This document shows positions 31,208 through 43,901 of a DNA stretch of 64,000 nt, in pieces. Location: positions 1-64,000 of the forward strand of contig JBBQZX010000004.1 in the NCBI GenBank assembly GCA_038207335.1, in the 5' to 3' direction. How positions within the stretch are numbered: the first letter of the stretch is position 1; each line of letters opens with the position of its first letter. Both the position numbers and the translations under genes were made by a program. The DNA comes from Chthoniobacterales bacterium (lineage in GTDB: Bacteria > Verrucomicrobiota > Verrucomicrobiia > Chthoniobacterales > Chthoniobacteraceae). The notes below the pieces were generated by a model that worked only from the letters and a program-made list of their open reading frames with translations, had not been told where the DNA came from and did not search any database.

Positions 31208-32670
31208 ATTCAGTGCCTCGCATCGATCTCAATCCGTGGTTCTGCCGCTCGATCCTGCTCGCCATCGCGCTGCTATTCTTCGTGCGAAATCTGCCGTGGC
31301 ACCTCGACGATTACGATCAGGCGAAGCAGGCATTCACCTCATTCGAAATGGTGCAGGAGGGCCACTGGTGGCTCCAGCACACGCCCACCGGCCGCATCGC
31401 CACGAAGCCCCCTCTCGCCGGTTGGATTTCCAGCGCACTCTATTTTCTCATGGGCCGGCAGGGGTGGGACATCGCATGGCGGCTCCCCTCCTTCGCCAGC
31501 GCTCTGCTTATCCTCGCGATCCTCTGGCGCAGCGGCACCGCGCTTTTTAAGAGCAACATCGGCGGCCTCCTCGCCGCGAGCGCATTCGGGCTCACGGTCT
31601 TCACTCCCCGGCTCGCGACCCTCGCACGCACCGACATGCTGCTCACCGCGTGCATCTTGCTCGCGGGCTGGCTTGTGCAGGAAAAGGTGCGCCGCGACGA
31701 GCCGTGGACCGCCCGCGAACGCTGGATGCTCTTCGCCGCGATGCTCGTCTCAATGATGACGAAAGGTCCGATCGCGTATGCCTTTCTGCTCCCCGGCCTC
31801 GCCGCGTTCGCGTTTTTCACCCGTCGCTTCGGGTTGAAAAATCACGCGTGGAGCGGCTGGTGGACGTGGTTCCTGCCGTTGCTGTTTTTCGCCGCGTGGG
31901 CATGGATCGGGATGCGGATGGATCACGAATTCTACAACCAAGTCGTGCTCAAGGAGTTCGCGGGACGATTCACCACCGGCGAGAACGCCGTGCATCAGCC
32001 GCGCAATCCGTTCTTTTACATCGGCCTCATTTGCCTCCGATGGATTCCGTGGAGCTTGCTCATTTTTGCGTTTCTCGTGAAGCCGGTGCGCGCCGCTTTT
32101 CGCACCGATTCCACGCTGCTTTGGCTCGCGTGCTGGTCGCTCGGCGGGTTGCTCTTCATGTCGGCGGTGCCGTCAAAGCGCTTCGATCGCATCCTGCCAG
32201 TCATCCCGCCACTCGCGCTCATGCTCATCGCGATGGCGCGGCACCTTCCCCGCTTCGAATGGCGCAGCCAGCCGATCAGGCGCATCACAGTCGCGAGCGT
32301 GCTCGCCGCATTCGCGATCAGCGCGAGCTACGCCGGCTATTCGATCGCCGAAGGCTACCGGACGCGACAGGGCGCACTCGTCGATTTCGGAAGCCATGTT
32401 CGCACGGCAGTCGGCGACAGTTCGCGCCTCGCGGTCGTCAGCGGAAAGGACGAAGGGATTCTGCTTTACACACGCCAGACGGAATTCACCGGCATGGAAA
32501 AAGCGGCCAAATCGTGGCAGGCGGGGGCCATCGACTGGCTCGTGCTCCCGAAGGATCGCTTCCTCCGGGATCAAGCGAACCTCCTGCCTTTCGACCTCGT
32601 TGCCGAAACCGGGCACGTTCCCGAAAAATCGAGCGCATACGTATTAATTCACCGCGCCGGCGCGCGCTGA
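31204..32670 (+). CDS. ArnT/GT39-like membrane glycosyltransferase
   Basis: KPPL, RLPS, ARTDMLL, TKGP, multiple TM helices. Confidence 0.85.
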   Translation: MNSVPRIDLNPWFCRSILLAIALLFFVRNLPWHLDDYDQAKQAFTSFEMVQEGHWWLQHTPTGRIATKPPLAGWISSALYFLMGRQGWDIAWRLPSFASALLILAILWRSGTALFKSNIGGLLAASAFGLTVFTPRLATLARTDMLLTACILLAGWLVQEKVRRDEPWTARERWMLFAAMLVSMMTKGPIAYAFLLPGLAAFAFFTRRFGLKNHAWSGWWTWFLPLLFFAAWAWIGMRMDHEFYNQVVLKEFAGRFTTGENAVHQPRNPFFYIGLICLRWIPWSLLIFAFLVKPVRAAFRTDSTLLWLACWSLGGLLFMSAVPSKRFDRILPVIPPLALMLIAMARHLPRFEWRSQPIRRITVASVLAAFAISASYAGYSIAEGYRTRQGALVDFGSHVRTAVGDSSRLAVVSGKDEGILLYTRQTEFTGMEKAAKSWQAGAIDWLVLPKDRFLRDQANLLPFDLVAETGHVPEKSSAYVLIHRAGAR

Positions 32671-32678
32671 AAAAGACG

Positions 32679-33707
32679 CTACTGGCTCCGCACCGTCGAG
32701 CCCGCCACCCATTCGCCGGGAATCAAAAGCGTGTGCGGGTGAGTAGGCAGATCGCGCTCGTTGCGGCGCAGTTGCCCGTCGATCAGATCGATCGCCGCCG
32801 CACCCACGAGATCCGAGTTTTGATTGATCCCCGCCCAATCGCGGTCGCCAGGCGAAATGGCGAGATGTGCAAATCCGACGTCCTCCGGCACGCGTACGCC
32901 GAGATTTTCCATTACACTGAGCGCATCCGATTCGAGACTCAGAACAGCATCCGGCCGGTGCGCCTGAAACCACGCCGAAAATTCCCCGCAAAAGTCCTCT
33001 CCGGCCAACAGCGGCGGCACCCCTTTCTCACTCGCATCGTGCGCGTGATGCACGAGCATCCGCGCCGACCACTGACGCTTCACGCGCACGTCACTCTCGT
33101 CCGGGATCGCCAAACCGATCCTTCGGTAGCCGAGCTTTTGCAGCTCTTCCAGCGCCAGCCCGATCGACCCATACTGATGATTGCTCGCCCGATGAAGCCC
33201 CGGCCCGCCGATGGAATACCCAATCGTCACCGCCGCGAACTTTTCCCAGAGCATGCTCATCTCCGCAGCCTCCGGCGGCACCGGCGCGAGCAGGATGCCG
33301 TGGATATTCCGCATGTATAAAATCTCGCTGAACCGCTGCGGCGTGAGCCCTGCCTCCGCCAGCCACCACTCCTCGAGATCGTACCCGAGCAAATCCGCGC
33401 GCTGCCTCGCGCCTTCGTAAAACTCCACGAACGGCCCCGGCAGCCGCCACCCATCGCGCGTGGGATACGCGGTAACGTAGGCGAGCGTAGCGTGGCGGAT
33501 CGGCGGCTTTGCATGGCGGAGCTGCGTCATCAGCGCCGAGACGAGCGGATTCGGCCGGTATCCAAGCTCCTCCGCGATCGCGCGGATTTTCTCCTTCGTC
33601 TTCACCGAAACCTTCGGACTGTTCCGCAACGCCAGCGACACCGCCATGCGCGAGACCCCTGCCCGCTCGGCGATCTGCTGCATCGTGGGTGTCTTCAACT
33701 CGTCCAT
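32679..33707 (-). CDS. LacI family transcriptional regulator
   Basis: TMQQIAERAGVSRMAVSLAL..LGYRPN, VPEDV. Confidence 0.92.
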   Translation of the reverse strand: MDELKTPTMQQIAERAGVSRMAVSLALRNSPKVSVKTKEKIRAIAEELGYRPNPLVSALMTQLRHAKPPIRHATLAYVTAYPTRDGWRLPGPFVEFYEGARQRADLLGYDLEEWWLAEAGLTPQRFSEILYMRNIHGILLAPVPPEAAEMSMLWEKFAAVTIGYSIGGPGLHRASNHQYGSIGLALEELQKLGYRRIGLAIPDESDVRVKRQWSARMLVHHAHDASEKGVPPLLAGEDFCGEFSAWFQAHRPDAVLSLESDALSVMENLGVRVPEDVGFAHLAISPGDRDWAGINQNSDLVGAAAIDLIDGQLRRNERDLPTHPHTLLIPGEWVAGSTVRSQ

Positions 33708-34116
33708 CGCACTTTGAGAATACCAACTCATCTTTCAGACAGAAAGCCGCATCTGACTCCAAACTTTTCGATAAATCAGGAATCCCACCACCCTTTTGCC
33801 GACATTCGCGTCCAAGCGAAAACGCTCAACACGGATGCTTTCCTCGCCGTCTTGAACGCCCGCAAGTTTTTCAGCCAACCCGCACGCAGGACGTCTGCGC
33901 TTCGTTTCACTCGATTTGTTAACTTTGTGACGCCCGTGTGTGGCGCTCCAGCCGCCAAACTCAAACTTCCGCTTCCGCGAGCGGATACGTCACGCAGGGT
34001 TGAAGCGGGCCGGGAGCCCCATCAAGGGTGCCATCGCTCGCGCGCCGGTGAGGCACTTCAAATGCCCCAGCAATCTCGACAGAACTAGTTCTGGCGTTCT
34101 ACGTTCCCTTCTCGTT

Positions 34117-34932
34117 TTGCAGATTCCTGACTCTCTCGCCATCGTCGCCGGCAGCGGCGCTTATCCGATTGCCATGGCGCGCGCGGCGAGAGCCGCGGGT
34201 GTGCGGCGGATTGTCGCGGCGGCTTTTCAAAATGAAACGAATCCCGAACTCGTGCAGCTCGTCGAGGAGGTCGAATGGATGCGCGTCGGGCAGCTCGGAA
34301 AGATGCTCGCTTTTCTCAAAAAATCGGGCGCGCGACATGCCGTGATGTCGGGGCAGATTCACCCGAAAAATCTGTTCGATCTGCGGCCGGATTTGAAGGC
34401 TGTGCTGCTGCTCGGGCGGCTGCGCGAGCGCAATGCCGAGACGATCTTCGGCGCGATCGCGAAAGAGATGGCAAAGGCGGGTGTCGAGCTGCTGCCGGCC
34501 ACGAGTTTCATGGAGGAATATCTCGCGCCAGCGGGACTGGTCGCCGGGCCGAAGCTCAGCCGCCGTGAGCAGGAGGACGCGCTCTTCGGCTTTCGGATCG
34601 CGAAGGAAACGAGCCGGCTGGACATCGGGCAGACCGTCGTGGTGAAAGGCGGCACAGTGCTCGCGGTCGAGGCATTCGAGGGGACGAATGCGGCGATGAA
34701 ACGCGGCGGCGAACTCGGGCGAAAAGATGCTGTGATGGTGAAGGTCGCGAAGCCGAATCAAGACTTCCGTTTCGATGTGCCGGTCATCGGTCCGCTCACG
34801 CTCGACGCGGCGCGCGAGGCCCGCATCCGTGTGCTCGGGATCGAGGCGGGACGCACACTTTTGCTCGAGCACGAAAAGCTCATCGCGCTCGCCGCGCAGG
34901 CCCGCATTTCGATTTTCGGCCTCGCAGATTGA
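34117..34932 (+). CDS. lpxI: UDP-2,3-diacylglucosamine diphosphatase (DUF1009); TTG start estimated
   Basis: IVAGSGAYP, LDIGQTVVV, AVEAFEGT, KPNQDFRFDVPVIG. Confidence 0.9.
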   Translation: MQIPDSLAIVAGSGAYPIAMARAARAAGVRRIVAAAFQNETNPELVQLVEEVEWMRVGQLGKMLAFLKKSGARHAVMSGQIHPKNLFDLRPDLKAVLLLGRLRERNAETIFGAIAKEMAKAGVELLPATSFMEEYLAPAGLVAGPKLSRREQEDALFGFRIAKETSRLDIGQTVVVKGGTVLAVEAFEGTNAAMKRGGELGRKDAVMVKVAKPNQDFRFDVPVIGPLTLDAAREARIRVLGIEAGRTLLLEHEKLIALAAQARISIFGLAD

Positions 34933-34944
34933 CCTGCACTATTT

Positions 34945-35958
34945 ATGAAAAAACTCCGCGCCGGCGTGATCGGCACAGGCAGCATCGGCAGGAACCACGC
35001 GCGCATCATGAGCGAACTTCCGGACGCCGATTTCACCGCGATCTACGACGCGAATGCCGCGACCGCGCAGGAGATGGCTGCGCGCTTCGGGGCGAAAGCG
35101 ACGAGTTCGCTGGAGGAGTTTGCCTCGCTCGTCGATGCCGCCACGATCGCCACGCCGACGCCCACGCATTTCGAGATCGGCAGCTTTTTGCTCGAGCGCG
35201 GGAAGCACGTCCTCGTCGAGAAGCCGATCACCGAGAGCACCGCCGACGCGCGCGCTCTTTCGCAGCTCGCGAGCGACCGCAGGCTCGTTCTGCAGGTCGG
35301 CCACATTGAGCGCTTCAATCCCGCGCTGAACGCGCTCGAAGGCAAGCTCACCAGCCCGCGTTTCATCGAGTCGCACCGCCTCTCGCCCTACCCCGCGCGC
35401 AGCACGGAAATCGGCGTCGTGCTCGACCTCATGATCCACGATTTGGAGATTATTCTGCATCTCGTCCGCTCGCCGCTGGCGCGCGTCGATGCCGTCGGAG
35501 TGCCCGTTCTGAGCCGCGGCGAGGACATCGCAAATGCGCGGCTGCGCTTTGAAAACGGATGCGTCGCGAACATCACGGTGAGCCGCATCAGCCCGGAAAA
35601 GCTGCGCAAAATCCGCGTCTTCCAGCAGGACGCCTACCTCTCGCTCGACTACCAGGCGCAGGAAGGATTTCTCTACCGCCTTGCGCGCGCCAACGAGCCC
35701 GAGAGTTCGCTTTTCAAAAAACTGCTCTCCGCAAAAGACCACGCCGTCGTGAGCGAATTCGCCGGAAAGCGGATCGTCCGCGAGCCCGTGCAAATCGAAA
35801 AAGGCGAGCCGCTAAAGCGCGAACTCGCTGCATTCATCGAATGTGCCCGCGCTGGCGCCGCGCCGAAAGTCAGCGGCCACGAAGCGACCGCCGCACTTGA
35901 ACTCGCGCTGGAAATCACTCGCTTGATCGAGGAGTCGAATCGGCAAAGCGCCGGGTAG
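34945..35958 (+). CDS. Gfo/Idh/MocA oxidoreductase (GnnA-like)
   Basis: VIGTGSIG..H, VEKP, VGHIERFNP, VVLDLMIHD; follows lpxI. Confidence 0.88.
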   Translation: MKKLRAGVIGTGSIGRNHARIMSELPDADFTAIYDANAATAQEMAARFGAKATSSLEEFASLVDAATIATPTPTHFEIGSFLLERGKHVLVEKPITESTADARALSQLASDRRLVLQVGHIERFNPALNALEGKLTSPRFIESHRLSPYPARSTEIGVVLDLMIHDLEIILHLVRSPLARVDAVGVPVLSRGEDIANARLRFENGCVANITVSRISPEKLRKIRVFQQDAYLSLDYQAQEGFLYRLARANEPESSLFKKLLSAKDHAVVSEFAGKRIVREPVQIEKGEPLKRELAAFIECARAGAAPKVSGHEATAALELALEITRLIEESNRQSAG

Positions 35959-35990
35959 CACCCGTTCGCCGAAATTCTCGACTGCGCAAG

Positions 35991-37360
<1,370 letters not shown>

Positions 37361-37364
<4 letters not shown>

Positions 37365-39826
37365 TCGAGAAAGAGGAACTCGTTCGAACTCAGTAGCACG
37401 CGGGTGAAGCTCGCGAGCGCCGCGCGCGGCTGCTGATCGGGCGGAAGCTTTGTCTCGGCGAGCGCAGTGCCGACGTCGCCGATGTAGCGCTGCGCCTGCA
37501 CGATTTCATCGGCCGATGCAGGCCGCCCGAGCGCGAGTTCATACGCGTATTCGATGCGCTCCGGCTCTTCAGTGCGCGCTGCGTAGATGCGATCGGCGAG
37601 TTTGGCCGCCTGCTCGTGCGCGAAGCTGTTATTCATCATCCAGAGCGCCTGAATCGGCGTGTAGCTGATTGGGCGCACGGCGCTTGAAGCATTCGTGTCC
37701 GCGCCGTCGAAGACCTCGAGAAATGGCTGCTTGCGGATGCGCTGCTGCATCATGAATACGCTCCGTTTGGTCGTCTGATAGTTCTCGATGAACGGTCGAT
37801 GCTGCGTGTAGTGGAAATCACTTTCCGGCGGAAACGGATGCAGTCCTCCCGGTGTCGGATCGAGCGAATCCGTGACCGCGAGGATTGAGTCGCGGAGTTC
37901 TTCGGCGCTGAGCCGGCGGCTGTTGAAATGCCACAGAAAATCGTTCGCCACGTCTTTTGCCGCACTCGTCGGATTGTCGTTGCACGACATCTGATACGCG
38001 CGCGACATCAAGATCAGCCGGTGCATCGTTTTCATCGACCATCCGCTTTCCACGAAGCGATTTGCCAGCCAGTCGAGCAGTTCGGGATGGGTCGGACGCT
38101 CGCCGCGGATCCCGAAATCGTTCGGAGTTTTCACGAGCCCTTTTCCGAAATGCTGCTGCCAGATGCGATTCACCATCACGCGCGCCGTGAGCGGATTCGA
38201 TGGCGCGCTGATCCAGTCCGCGAGTTCCTTTCGCCCACTCCCCTTTTCCTCCGGCGGCAGACCCTGCCCGCCGAGGATCTGCAAAAAGCCGCGCGGCGCG
38301 ATGTCCCCTTTACTCGCAGGATCTCCCTTTTTCTGGATCGCGGTGTCGGCAGGCTTCCCCTCCGACACGGCATACGCTTTGGGAAAACTTCCGATGTGTT
38401 TTTCAAGCTCCGCCTGCCTCGCGCCTGCGGCCTCGATCTCGCGCTGCGCATCGGCTACCGTTCGCCCTTTCACCGGCTCGTTTGCCTCGGGGTTCAAGGC
38501 AGGAAGCGGCTCCGATGCTTTCGCCTCCGCCGATTTGTCTGTGCGAGCGAGACGCTTCTTCTCATCTTTCAGATCGCGCAGCCGCCGGTCGATCTGACCG
38601 AGTTCCCGCCCTTCAGCCGCGAGATTTTCGCCCTCAGCGCCGCCAACGAGCGGCACGAAATCTTTCGTGTGACGCAGCACTTCCGTGCCGGGAAATGCAA
38701 ACGTCGTGCTCTCGAAAATTCCGTAGAGCGCGTAGTAATCTTTCGTCGGGATTGGATCGAATTTGTGATCGTGGCAGCGCGCGCAGCCAATGCTCAGCCC
38801 GAGCGTCGCCTTGCCGAGATTGTCGAGCACGTCCTCGATTGTGAGGTGAAATTCGTTCGCCTGTGAGCCAAAGCGCCTCGCGATCGCGAGGTACCCGGTG
38901 GCCACGATTTTATCGAAATGCTCCTGCTCGCTCGCAGCAGACAGAAGGTCACCGGCAATCTGCTCGCGCAAAAACTGATCGTACGGCTCGTCTCTGTTAA
39001 AGGCGTCGATGACATAGTTCCGGTAACGATACGCCGATGGGACAGGGAAGTCCGAATTGCAGCCCGACGTGTCGGCGTAACGCACGACATCGAGCCAGTG
39101 CCGACCCCACTGCGCGCCGTACTGCGGCGACGCGAGCAGCCGATCGACGACTTTCTCAAACGCGCCGGGCGACGCGTCTTCGAGAAAAGCCCGCATCTCA
39201 TCGGGCGTCGGCGGCAACCCCGTGAGGTCGTAAGTCACGCGACGCAGCAGCGTCCTCTTGTCGGCATCGGCATTCGGCGTGAGCCCGTGCTCGTCGAGTT
39301 TTGCCAAAACAAAGCGGTCGATCTCATTGCGCGCCCACTCCGCTTTTTTCACCTCCGGCACCGCCGGCTTTTTGACCGGCTGAAATGACCAAAACCTCTT
39401 CGCCTCGTCCCAATTATACTGCTTCGCGACCGGCAATGCGCCATCGCGAGGATCCGGCGCGCCCATCTTTACCCACGCCACGAAATCCGCCACCTGCGCT
39501 GCGTCGAGTCGATGCTTGGGCGGCATCTGCAAATCCTCGTCGCCCCACTCGATCGCGTGGATGAGGAGACTCTTCTCAGGCTCGCCCGGCACGACCGCCG
39601 CTCCCGTGTCGCCGCCTTTCAGCAACGCCGCGCGCGAGTCGATCGTGAGCCCACCCTTGATCTTCTCACCCTGAGCGCTGTGGCATTTCGTGCATTGCTC
39701 GGTGAGCACCGGGCGGACCTTTTTCTCGAAAAAGTCGAGCTGCTCCGGCGCAAAGACGACCGGCTCCGCGGCGGAGGCGGCAAAAACTGGGAAACAGAAA
39801 ATGAGTAAAATGAGGCGGAACTTCAC
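37361..39826 (-). CDS. PSD1/DUF1549/DUF1553 planctomycete cytochrome c protein
   Basis: CTKCH, WLDVVRYAD, CARCHDHKFDP, HPELLDWLA. Confidence 0.93.
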
Positions 39827-39995
39827 GAAAATCGGTGGATACCCGGACGCGAAATATACCCTTGATTCCGTTGCGGCTTAGAAACTGTGAAAAGCCAGTT
39901 GCGGCCACCCAATCCGATGCTGTGCATCCTCTCCCGTCGATTCCGCGAAAGTATTGATTTTGAAGTTCCCACCTTCATGCGACGGTGATGCTCGC

Positions 39996-40417
39996 TTGAG
40001 CTACTTTCGTCTCCATACTTCTGCGCGCTGCATCACGGTGACACTGCTCATGGTGCGTGGTTCATCGCGACGAATCATTGCTCGTTTGGACTGATGAACT
40101 CGACTGCAAAGACACTTACGAGTCACGCCTCTTGTCATTATCAGGAGTCGAAGCAAGATCGCGAATCGCCAGCGAATGGTACCCGGGAATGTTGCCGAGC
40201 CATTCATGGATTCGCTTCTTTTGAGAAGGTGGAAGCGAAGTTCGACTCGACTCGATTTGAGATACAGCTAGTTGCTCTGGCTATCCTCGTGGCTCCGGCG
40301 GCAGAAGACTCGACGCCTCCATTTTCTGCACTCGATCACGGGCCGCCACGATGTATTTCTTTCGCTGAGGCTGTCCTGCAGCGCAGCCTTTTCGGCCACG
40401 CTCCTCCCCTCGCCTAA
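39996..40417 (+). CDS. His/Cys-rich leader ORF ending ..HGPP..HAPPLA (apparent 1-nt frameshift at ~40055)
   Basis: Hydrophobic N-terminus in one frame; WFIATNHC..CH..CC..HGPP..QRSLFGHAPP in the 40094 frame. Confidence 0.6.
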
Positions 40418-40552
40418 CGACTGACCCTCCGCCATCGCGGAGCGCGTTCATTCGTTTCTTCTGGCTCCTCTACCACCGCGCGAGATCCGGCGCGGGGTGG
40501 CCGCACGTCGCGGTTGTGACGGCGGACATCACCGACTTTCAACACGCCAATC

Positions 40553-41059
40553 ATGAACATTCAAGTTGTCCTCGTCATTCCTCTCCTGCTTGCAGGATGC
40601 GTCATTTCACCCCCTCCAGCGCCGCTTTCACCGACCGATCCTAGGAACCCGCAGGCATCGGAGGCGGCCACCACGCCCTTTCGACCGATGCTCGTGTCCA
40701 CCAACAAGCGGTATCTTTCCACCGATGCAGGAGAAAGTGCTCAGGAGATGCCCGGCATGGACATGACGGGCATGAGCCATGAGTCGACGAGCGGCATGTC
40801 GATGGCGAAGCCCACAGGCAAACCGCGAAATCCTGCCGAGAAGACAGTTGCGCGGGAGGAAGCCCAGCAGGCTGGTGCTCCGAGTGGCGAGCAGCTTCAG
40901 AGCACTCATCCTGAAAGTTACACCTGTCCGATGCACCCCTCCGTGACAGGCATGAAGCCTGGAAAATGCCCAATTTGCGGGATGACTCTCGTCAGCAAGG
41001 AGACGATCGAAAAACACGAAGCCACAAACCAAGCACCTTCAGACGCACACCAAGACTGA
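40553..41059 (+). CDS. Heavy-metal-binding domain lipoprotein
   Basis: LAGC lipobox, Met-rich stretch, YTCPMHP..CPICGM. Confidence 0.88.
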   Translation: MNIQVVLVIPLLLAGCVISPPPAPLSPTDPRNPQASEAATTPFRPMLVSTNKRYLSTDAGESAQEMPGMDMTGMSHESTSGMSMAKPTGKPRNPAEKTVAREEAQQAGAPSGEQLQSTHPESYTCPMHPSVTGMKPGKCPICGMTLVSKETIEKHEATNQAPSDAHQD

Positions 41060-41061
41060 CC

Positions 41062-42480
41062 ATGACTTTCACTAACACGACAGCGATGAGCCTAGGCGCC
41101 ATTGGAATCCTCGCCGGATGCGCGGGAAATCCGAAGTCCGCCTTTGATGGAGTGCAAAGCACTGTCTCACAAGCAAGCGGAAAGCAGGTGCACTGGTTGC
41201 GCAGCGGACAGGAGCAAGCCGACGCCGAACGCGCGACCCATGCTTTGCTGAGTCGCCCGCTCAATGCGGATTCCGCTGCCCAAGTAGCGCTCTTGAATAA
41301 CCGCGCCCTGCAGGCCCGCTTCGAGCAACTCGGCATCGGATTTGCCGACTATGTGGAGGCGAGTCTGCCGAGCAATCCCAGTCTTGCTGCCAGTTGGCGC
41401 TTCCCCAGCAAGCCGCCGTCGGGCACGAACATCGAATACTCCATCGCGCAGGACTTGTTGAGTCTGCTGCTGCTTCCGATCAAGCGCAGTATCGCCGCGC
41501 GGGAGTTGGAAATTACACGGCTTCAAATCGCTGCAGACGTGCTGGGACTCGTGGCCGAAACGAAGACCGCGTTTTACATGCTGCAAGCCCGCCAGCAGTT
41601 GCTCGGGCGGCTGCAACTCATCGTGCAGACTAATGAGGCGGGAGCCGATCTTGCCAAAGGCCAGCATGACGCGGGAAACATCACCGACCTCGATCTTGCG
41701 AACCAGCAGGCGCTTTATTCGCAGTCGCGTGTGGATGTGGGGCAGACTCAGGCACAGATTCGCTCGGATCGCGAGCGGCTGAATCGACTCATGGGCGCAT
41801 GGGGTGCGCAGACGAATTGGCGCGTGGATGGAGAGTTACCAGCCATTCCATCCAGCGAGATTTCACTCGCTCGACTCGAGTCGAAGGCCATCGCGCAGCG
41901 CGTCGATATTGCGTCCATGCGACAGGAGGTGGCCAGTCTCGGACTGGCGATGTCGCTGAAGCAAAAGACGCGCTTTGTGCCGGGCGGCGTGAATGTCGGC
42001 GTGAGCACTGAGCGCGATCCTGACCGCCAGCGGGTGACAGGCCCGACGCTGGATTTGGAGCTTCCGATCTTTAACTTTGGGCAAGCAGCGCTGCTGCGAC
42101 TTCGTTCGCAGTACGCTCAGGCTCAGCGGGACTTGGAAGCAGCGTCGGTCAATGCGCGGTCGGAGGTGCGGGAGGCGCGCGACATGATCGCGGCGAACCG
42201 TGAACTGGCGGCATATCACCGCAAAGTGCTTCTCCCGCAGCGACTGCTCATCGTGAATCAAACACAGCTCCAGTACAATGCGATGCAGCTGGGACCGATC
42301 GATCTGTTGTCGGCAAAAGAGCGCGAACTGAATGCCGAGCGGACTTACATCGAGGCATGGCGCGACTACTGGATCGCGCGGACGGAACTGGAACGCGCAC
42401 TTCACGGCGGCACGAGCCCCGGCTCGGAGCCAAAGCAAATGGGCGGCGGGCGTGCCAATTCGGACGCCGGTCACTCCTAG
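41062..42480 (+). CDS. TolC family outer membrane protein (copper resistance type)
   Basis: AQVALLNN, LELPIF, YNAMQLG; upstream of the MCO. Confidence 0.9.
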   Translation: MTFTNTTAMSLGAIGILAGCAGNPKSAFDGVQSTVSQASGKQVHWLRSGQEQADAERATHALLSRPLNADSAAQVALLNNRALQARFEQLGIGFADYVEASLPSNPSLAASWRFPSKPPSGTNIEYSIAQDLLSLLLLPIKRSIAARELEITRLQIAADVLGLVAETKTAFYMLQARQQLLGRLQLIVQTNEAGADLAKGQHDAGNITDLDLANQQALYSQSRVDVGQTQAQIRSDRERLNRLMGAWGAQTNWRVDGELPAIPSSEISLARLESKAIAQRVDIASMRQEVASLGLAMSLKQKTRFVPGGVNVGVSTERDPDRQRVTGPTLDLELPIFNFGQAALLRLRSQYAQAQRDLEAASVNARSEVREARDMIAANRELAAYHRKVLLPQRLLIVNQTQLQYNAMQLGPIDLLSAKERELNAERTYIEAWRDYWIARTELERALHGGTSPGSEPKQMGGGRANSDAGHS

Positions 42481-42509
42481 ACACTTACCACCACAAATCT
42501 CACATACCT

Positions 42510-43898
42510 ATGATCTCACGACGCAGTTTTCTCACTCACGCAGGCATCGCGGCAGGCGGAGCGGCGCTCCTTTCCAAAGCCAGCGCCGCCGAAGCCGAAG
42601 ATGCCATTCAGGCGACGAACAACAACCAGCTCGCGACGGACGCTGATGCGCTTGCCGCGGGCCAACCCGGTGCGGACTACACGCCGGTAGTCACTCCAAA
42701 CAACGTGTCGCTGCCTTGGAAGCTCATTGGCGGCGTGAAGGTCTTTCACTTGGTCGCGGAGGAGGTCGAGCATGAGTTTGCGCCCGGCATCAAAGCATTT
42801 TGCTGGGGCTACAATGGCCGCGTGCATGGCCCGACAATCGAGGCCGTCGAAGGCGACCGCGTGCGCATCTATGTCACCAATCGACTTCCCGCGGCAACGA
42901 CCGTGCACTGGCATGGCGTGATCTTGCCAAATGGAATGGACGGCGTCGGCGGGCTGACACAGCCAGCAATCCAGCCCGGTGAGACCTTCAAGTATGAGTT
43001 CACGCTCAAGCAGAGCAGCACGAACATGTATCATTCTCACCATGACGAGATGACTCAGATGGCGATGGGTCTGATGGGGATGTTCATCATCCACCCGCGC
43101 AAGCCACGCGTGCGGCCGGACCGCGAGTTTGCGCTCATGCTCAGCGAGTGGCAGATCATCGTCGGCACGCACCGGCCGAACCCGAATCAGATGACCGACT
43201 TCAACATGTTCACGATGAACGCGCGGGTCTTTCCCGGCACCGACCCGATGGTGGTGAAAAAAGGCGACCGCGTGCGGCTGCGGATCGGAAATCTCAGCGC
43301 GATGGACAATCATCCAATCCATCTGCACGGGCATGGGTTCAAGATCGTCGGCACCGATGCGGGGGATAGCACGGAGGAGATCATCCGGCATGAAAGGGTG
43401 GAGGACACCGTGCTCGTGCCAACCGGCCAGACGCGCGCGGTGGAATTCATCGCGGACAATCCCGGCGACTGGGCGATGCACTGCCACATGTCGCATCACG
43501 TCATGAACCAGATGGGTGACAAATTCCCCAATATGATCGGCGTGAAGCCCGGCAAGACAGACACGAAAATCCGCAAGACTCTCCTGCCCGGCTACATGAC
43601 GATGGGCGAAAGCGGCATGGGAGACATGGGTGACATGGGGATGGCGTCGCCGAAGAACTCCATCGCCATGGTCGGCGGGCACGGGCAGTTCGACTACATC
43701 ACGATGGGCGGGATGTTCAATGTGCTGAAGGTGCGTGAGAAGCTCACGAGCTACGACGAAGACCCGGGGTGGTATCAGCACCCAAAGGGCGAAGTCGCCT
43801 CGCTCGCATCGAACGAAGAGATGCAGCGCGACCTCGGCGCCGTGCCGGATGCGACTCCTCACGGCACTCCGATGGCACCGATGCATCATCACGGTTGA
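42510..43898 (+). CDS. Tat-exported multicopper oxidase
   Basis: SRRSFL, HWHG, YHSH, HPIHLHGH, HCHMSHH. Confidence 0.93.
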   Translation: MISRRSFLTHAGIAAGGAALLSKASAAEAEDAIQATNNNQLATDADALAAGQPGADYTPVVTPNNVSLPWKLIGGVKVFHLVAEEVEHEFAPGIKAFCWGYNGRVHGPTIEAVEGDRVRIYVTNRLPAATTVHWHGVILPNGMDGVGGLTQPAIQPGETFKYEFTLKQSSTNMYHSHHDEMTQMAMGLMGMFIIHPRKPRVRPDREFALMLSEWQIIVGTHRPNPNQMTDFNMFTMNARVFPGTDPMVVKKGDRVRLRIGNLSAMDNHPIHLHGHGFKIVGTDAGDSTEEIIRHERVEDTVLVPTGQTRAVEFIADNPGDWAMHCHMSHHVMNQMGDKFPNMIGVKPGKTDTKIRKTLLPGYMTMGESGMGDMGDMGMASPKNSIAMVGGHGQFDYITMGGMFNVLKVREKLTSYDEDPGWYQHPKGEVASLASNEEMQRDLGAVPDATPHGTPMAPMHHHG

Positions 43899-43901
43899 GC
43901 C

